From IMG/VR virus record IMGVR_UViG_3300025012_000071: a DNA stretch of 64,000 nucleotides; one strand, written 5' to 3'. Position numbers and translations under genes: made by a program. This document shows, in pieces, positions 59,580 to 64,000 of this stretch (the stretch's first letter is position 1; each line of letters begins with the position of its first letter). Origin of the DNA: an uncultured virus (IMG/VR IMGVR_UViG_3300025012_000071) (lineage: Duplodnaviria; Heunggongvirae; Uroviricota; Caudoviricetes). Below the pieces are notes generated by a model. That model was not told the origin of the DNA. It was given only the letters and a program-made list of their open reading frames with translations, and ran no database searches.

Positions 59580-60110
59580 TTGAAAGTATGCGGAATTGAT
59601 GCGTCCTTAACGAGTACAGGGATAGCAATATTGCATTGCAATAATGAACCGATAACTACAGCAGTAAAGAATAATTTAACCGGGATACCGAGACTAATCT
59701 ATGTGCGCGACTATGTTAAGCAGGTTATCGAGGGCGCAGACTTAGCGGTTATCGAAGGATATGCTTTCAGTAAGGGAGATTTTGCCCATGCTAAGGGTGA
59801 ATTGGGTGGAGTATTGCGCCTGATGATTGTTGATAGCGGAATGAAATTATTGGAAGTTACACCTAATCAACTAAAGAAGTTTGCAGTAGGCGATCACAAT
59901 GCAAGCAAGGAAAAGGTTGCCGTAGGTGTATATAAGCGTTGGGGTAAGGAATTTAAGGAGAATGACGAAACGGACGCTTATGTATTGGCTGAAATCGGCA
60001 GGGCATATTTAGGACTAACCGATAAACTGACCGCATATCAGCAGGAGGTTATTGACGCTCTGCATGGCAAGTCGGAGGTCAGGAAGAGAAAAGCAAGGGG
60101 AGGAAAATAG
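59580..60110 (+). CDS. RuvC-like Holliday junction resolvase
   Basis: GIDASLTSTG, VIEGY, GELGG, P..LKKF..G...A.K, DETDA. Confidence 0.88.
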   Translation: MKVCGIDASLTSTGIAILHCNNEPITTAVKNNLTGIPRLIYVRDYVKQVIEGADLAVIEGYAFSKGDFAHAKGELGGVLRLMIVDSGMKLLEVTPNQLKKFAVGDHNASKEKVAVGVYKRWGKEFKENDETDAYVLAEIGRAYLGLTDKLTAYQQEVIDALHGKSEVRKRKARGGK

Positions 60111-60113
60111 ATT

Positions 60114-60719
60114 ATGGGTTGCGATATTCATGTTTACTTAGAGGTTAAAAAACATATAAACGACATAGAAGAATGGGTAAGTGCTGATTTATTTAAACTA
60201 AATCCATATTATCCTGGAGACGAAGAAGACTGTGAGCAACAATATGAAATTTGCCATGCATATAGAAATAGAGACTACGAACTATTTGCAACATTGGCAG
60301 ATGTGAGAAATTATAACGGCATAGCACCCATATCGGAACCAAAAGGAATGCCCGATGATTGCTGTCAAATGGTCATTAATGAGTGTAGAAGATGGGGCGG
60401 GGATGGGCACTCTCATAGTTACTTTACGTTAAGAGAATTACAGCAATATGCAGACAGTAAGATTAAGACAAAATACCAGGGATATATGTCACAAGAAGAA
60501 GCTGAAAAGGTAGATAAGGGAGAAATGCCTACCATGTGGTGCGGTTGGGCAAATGAAAAATTAGGATTTGTTTACCGAGAATGGGAATACGAAGATAATA
60601 TTCTTGATTCACTTATTAGTTCTATGGTAAGGAGAGTTCATGAAACACACTGGCTTAATGAGGAATATTTGAAAGAAAACCCAGATAAGCTAAGAATGGT
60701 TTTCTGGTTTGATAATTAA
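60114..60719 (+). CDS. conserved phage protein (MGCDIH family)
   Basis: MGCDIH, R.Y.LF..LADVRN, HSHSY.TL.EL, R.VFWFDN. Confidence 0.7.
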   Translation: MGCDIHVYLEVKKHINDIEEWVSADLFKLNPYYPGDEEDCEQQYEICHAYRNRDYELFATLADVRNYNGIAPISEPKGMPDDCCQMVINECRRWGGDGHSHSYFTLRELQQYADSKIKTKYQGYMSQEEAEKVDKGEMPTMWCGWANEKLGFVYREWEYEDNILDSLISSMVRRVHETHWLNEEYLKENPDKLRMVFWFDN

Positions 60720-61111
60720 CAATAATATGACCGATCAAGAAAACCAACTAACCAGTGAGTTTATCGCGTTCTGCGAGACTCACCGGGAAAAGTTAGCAGG
60801 GATGAAGGATAACTCAACTAGGATGAATTTTATGCAGGAGAAGTTGCCGCATATACCGCAATACCTCGTATTGAGGGCGGTTAGACCTTATTTGGTTAAG
60901 GGGGTTTGATGTTGCGTAGTATTGTTATTGAAACTGTACTTTTAGTTTACGGTTGCTCACTGGAAATACATTTACCGCTTTGGAAACAGCACTCATTCAA
61001 CGGCAGAGCAAATTTCCGCAGCAATGGCAGTAACTTTTGCCGGAGTCATTTTCGCAGGCCTCGCGCTAATCTGTGGTCGGGGCAGAGAAAAAGGCAACAA
61101 AGTGATCAACA

Positions 61112-61969
61112 ATGTTAAAGTTTTATGTATCTAAAAACAATAACAGACTTAACCGCCGCCCGTGGGTTCCTGAGTATATAACTGACAACCTTTGCCTTAA
61201 CCCTATATATAAGACGGTGAGAATATATAGGGGGGGGGTGAACGTCCTCCTTGACTCAGGAGCGTTCCAAGATGTTGATAAGGATAAAAGACTGACGTAT
61301 GAAGAAGCACTTAATCGTCAACTCAATTTTGAGCAGGCGGCAGGTTTTGTGTCTCAGCGAATAGTCAGTTATGACAGGTTAGTTGACGAGCAGTTGAAAG
61401 AAGGTAAAAAGGTAAAATGTCGCGTTGACGAGGACAACGGTTGGGAATACGTCAAAGACACTGTGGGAGCTGCACAGTATTTAGTTAGTCAACGGGATAA
61501 ATTAGCACCTCGTCAGTTAGTTTTGTCTAATCAGGGTACGACTACAGAACAATATTTGACCTGTCTAAAAGAGGTGTTACGCATAGCGCAACCGCAGGAC
61601 TGTATTGGGATGGGTGGGTTTTGTATAATCGGGGCGAGAAAAACACTACAACCGCAATTTTTTGAAATACAGGAGAAGTCATTTCCGCTAATAAAAGATG
61701 CCGGCATAACCGATATTCACCTGTTCGGGGTAACTGCTATACCTGTACTTGAAAGATGGGTAGAAATAGCAAGACCATATGATTTTAATCTCAGCGTTGA
61801 CAGTTCATCAGCAGAGCGCAGATCAGTTTTTGGTGGTGTATTTAGTCCCGACACTGGCAAATGGGAAGCGAAATACACCAGACAAGACAAGTATATTAAC
61901 TATCATCCGAGGGACTTAGCATTAATCAATACAATAAACTTTAGGGATTATTTGGAGGGCATAGCGTGA
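61112..61969 (+). CDS. TGT-fold deazaguanine DNA transglycosylase (DpdA-like)
   Basis: LLDSGAFQ, SYD, QG, GMGG, IHLFG, SVDSSS; adjacent to preQ transporter. Confidence 0.7.
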   Translation: MLKFYVSKNNNRLNRRPWVPEYITDNLCLNPIYKTVRIYRGGVNVLLDSGAFQDVDKDKRLTYEEALNRQLNFEQAAGFVSQRIVSYDRLVDEQLKEGKKVKCRVDEDNGWEYVKDTVGAAQYLVSQRDKLAPRQLVLSNQGTTTEQYLTCLKEVLRIAQPQDCIGMGGFCIIGARKTLQPQFFEIQEKSFPLIKDAGITDIHLFGVTAIPVLERWVEIARPYDFNLSVDSSSAERRSVFGGVFSPDTGKWEAKYTRQDKYINYHPRDLALINTINFRDYLEGIA

Positions 61970-62481
61970 TAGTATTTCTTTACGTAGCGGCAATTTTGGC
62001 CGGAAATTGGTTATCTAGCACCTTCGCACCCGTAAACATTGGCCCATTTTTAATAAGTTTAGGCACATTTACGATAGGGGCAACTTTTATTCTCAGGGAC
62101 TTAGTGCAACAAAAACATGGCAGATATATGACATATGCGTTCATAAGTGTAGCACTTCTTTTATCACTGATACAATCGGCAACAATGGGACAGGGTTTAC
62201 CCGTGGTCATTGCTTCTATAATAGCATTTGCGGTAAGCGAAACAACCGACACTGAGATTTACACGAGGTTAAAACTGCCGGTCCACTGGCGTGTGTGGTG
62301 GTCAGGTTTCGTTGGAGGAATACTTGACAGTACGGTGTTTATTGTGCTTGGACTATCACCTTGGGGTATGGGATTTATGCCTTGGTCAGTAGTTCCGATG
62401 GCGATAATTGGACAATCGCTGATAAAGTTAACTATGCAGGCAGTCGGGGCAGGTATGGTAAAAATGGGAGGTCGTAAATGA
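61966..62481 (+). CDS. queuosine precursor transporter (VUT/YhhQ-like)
   Basis: G.TF.LRDLVQ..HG, AS..AF.VSE..D..IY, S..VG..LDS.VF. Confidence 0.88.
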   Translation: MIVFLYVAAILAGNWLSSTFAPVNIGPFLISLGTFTIGATFILRDLVQQKHGRYMTYAFISVALLLSLIQSATMGQGLPVVIASIIAFAVSETTDTEIYTRLKLPVHWRVWWSGFVGGILDSTVFIVLGLSPWGMGFMPWSVVPMAIIGQSLIKLTMQAVGAGMVKMGGRK

Positions 62482-62918
62482 GTAAAATACCTCTCGCTGA
62501 TCCGTTCAAACAAGAAAAACTAATAGTCGCTAACTATCTAATCAACTATCACGACATAAAACATCAGTACGAGCAGGACCGGGAGAGAATACTCGAAAAC
62601 TCTCCCCCACCTCCCGACGGTATGCCAAGAGGTAGCACGACAGGCAATAGGACGGCATCGGCAGGGATCGCATTGGCATCGTTAGCGGTAACGGAAACGT
62701 GGTTGCAGGTAGTTAAGGAATTGGTAGCAGGTTTGAATGATGATGATAAACTACTGTTGGGATTAAAGCGGACGCATAAGGATTATGTGCGCGGAAGTTC
62801 GGTGAAAAAACTAATTGTCATGGAACTTGGGGTAAGTATGAGAACGGTTTATAATCGCTGGCAGGTGATATTGGAGCAGGGACGGACGTTGGCGGTTAGA
62901 AGGGGATTATTGCGGTGA
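62478..62918 (+). CDS. ArpU/RinA-like late transcriptional regulator
   Basis: GMPRGS.TG..T, C-terminal HTH ELGVS.RTVY; end of early/middle operon; terminator 62918-62942. Confidence 0.75.
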   Translation: MSKIPLADPFKQEKLIVANYLINYHDIKHQYEQDRERILENSPPPPDGMPRGSTTGNRTASAGIALASLAVTETWLQVVKELVAGLNDDDKLLLGLKRTHKDYVRGSSVKKLIVMELGVSMRTVYNRWQVILEQGRTLAVRRGLLR

Positions 62919-62945
62919 GCAGGGGAGAGATCCCCTGCTTTGCTG

Positions 62946-63326
62946 TTATTGCGAAAAAGGTAAATAATTCGTAAGAAAATCAACTAATTTCTTACCTTCG
63001 GGAGTAAGTATTTTACCTCTCCACAAACATCTATTACACCTACCGCGGTCATTCTTGTCTGGTGAATTATCAGGATCGCCATTGCAGACGGGGCAAACCT
63101 CTTCCATAACAATACCTTGGAAAGAGTAAAATTTAGGGCGATTAAGCAACTTAAATATCTCCACATGATGTTTCTTAATAGCGTCAACTGCCTGCTCTAC
63201 TGATATTTCCATGATATGTCTACCGAGCGGTAAACCTACTTCAAACTTAATGATGTCCTCAATGTCAGGACTTTTAATAATTCCTGACAAGATATCTCCA
63301 ACTAATTTATTAATCTTATCTTGCAT
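62946..63326 (-). CDS. hypothetical protein with DnaJ-like CxxCxG zinc motif
   Basis: CPVCNG...CNRC...G..LTPEG..L..FL. Confidence 0.65.
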   Translation of the reverse strand: MQDKINKLVGDILSGIIKSPDIEDIIKFEVGLPLGRHIMEISVEQAVDAIKKHHVEIFKLLNRPKFYSFQGIVMEEVCPVCNGDPDNSPDKNDRGRCNRCLWRGKILTPEGKKLVDFLTNYLPFSQ

Positions 63327-63375
63327 AATTATTCCTCCCCTGGGGTTTAAGGTTCACCCCGAACCGTTTTAATAA

Positions 63376-63708
63376 CTAAGGTATCATAAACCTTTTGACT
63401 CCTGCTATCAACCCCTTACCGTCCCTAACTGCCGAATCAGGGCCAGTGTCGGGGCAAATAACGTCTGACCTGGAACCGCCCAAAACCTGAGCGACAAGTA
63501 GGGCAACTATATAGATTGTTCCTTCCACCTGTTCGGGAAGGTTTTCAATGCTCCCGTAAATGGTTTTGTGTACGGGCAGACCATTGACGGTATGAGAAAA
63601 TTCTGATCTTGAAGCAACACGAGCAGCCGTTCCGGCATTAGGGAAAACATACTCTTCGCCGCCGTAACACAACTTTACGTCGTGTGGGGTAAGGTTGATA
63701 ATGTTCAT
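63376..63708 (-). CDS. NLTPH-family protein, candidate ring nuclease
   Basis: INLTPH, ARV, LP....GT.YIV..LVA, R.DV..P, AVRD..G.I.GV. Confidence 0.55.
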   Translation of the reverse strand: MNIINLTPHDVKLCYGGEEYVFPNAGTAARVASRSEFSHTVNGLPVHKTIYGSIENLPEQVEGTIYIVALLVAQVLGGSRSDVICPDTGPDSAVRDGKGLIAGVKRFMIP

Positions 63709-63756
63709 TTTTCCTCCTTCATGGTCGGTATTTTTAGCCCCGACCGGCTATTTATT

Positions 63757-63921
63757 TTAGTCTACGTAAACTTTAAACATATTTAGGTTGTGGTGATATG
63801 AAACTCCGGCAACTTTAACCGCAGTGTCTACGGTATGAATAAACATACCGATTTGCGGCACAAAACATAGATTAAGCGCAAATATAAGACGTTTACCTGT
63901 GTAAAATTCGCATGTATACAT
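63757..63921 (-). CDS. small hypothetical protein
   Basis: MYTCEFYTGKRLIFALNLCFVPQIGMFIHTVDTAVKVAGVSYHHNLNMFKVYVD*; AAGGGGG RBS. Confidence 0.6.
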   Translation of the reverse strand: MYTCEFYTGKRLIFALNLCFVPQIGMFIHTVDTAVKVAGVSYHHNLNMFKVYVD

Positions 63922-64000
63922 CTAAAAATCCCCCTTGTTTTAATCCTTCGGCATCCCCTGACAAGGCAGGAGATAACGAAAGACTAACGCTGTCCTTGAA

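Noticed and set aside
1186..62918. Stop-codon reassignment
   Set aside because: Genes are full length under the standard bacterial code, all three stops are used, and no suppressor tRNA is present

Overview
The window is a nearly complete tailed-phage genome (about 38-40% GC by eye) of a spore-forming Firmicute, probably Clostridia/Peptococcaceae-like. It begins in the 3' end of the small terminase and ends just past the ArpU-like late regulator. Gene order: packaging (terL, P22-like portal), head (scaffold, decoration, major capsid), short-tail/podovirus-type tail (beta-helix spikes, adaptor, nozzle, ejection proteins including a 2278-aa protein), accessory and second rep genes, lysis, a 1.6-kb RNA-rich island, an FtsK-relaxase-membrane cassette, early genes, CI/Cro switch, recombination (SbcC-like, RecT, MBL nuclease), replication (initiator plus DnaC), and a DNA-modification cluster (C5-MTase with a nested gene, PAPS reductase, thymidylate-synthase-like, DpdA/TGT-like, queuosine-precursor transporter). 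No integrase is visible. Most striking: a 28-bp dif-like XerCD site right after terS, paired with an FtsK-gamma domain embedded in the giant ejection protein, suggesting virion-delivered activation of host Xer recombination. Also notable: a sporulation-promoter FtsK/Replic_Relax/SpoIIIAC-like operon plus a Spo0E-like gene, a tRNA-Asn with the rare AUU anticodon in a phage that appears to scavenge preQ for DNA modification, repeated RHH-nuclease cassettes, and several unannotated structured RNAs. All family assignments come from motif recognition by eye; no searches were run.
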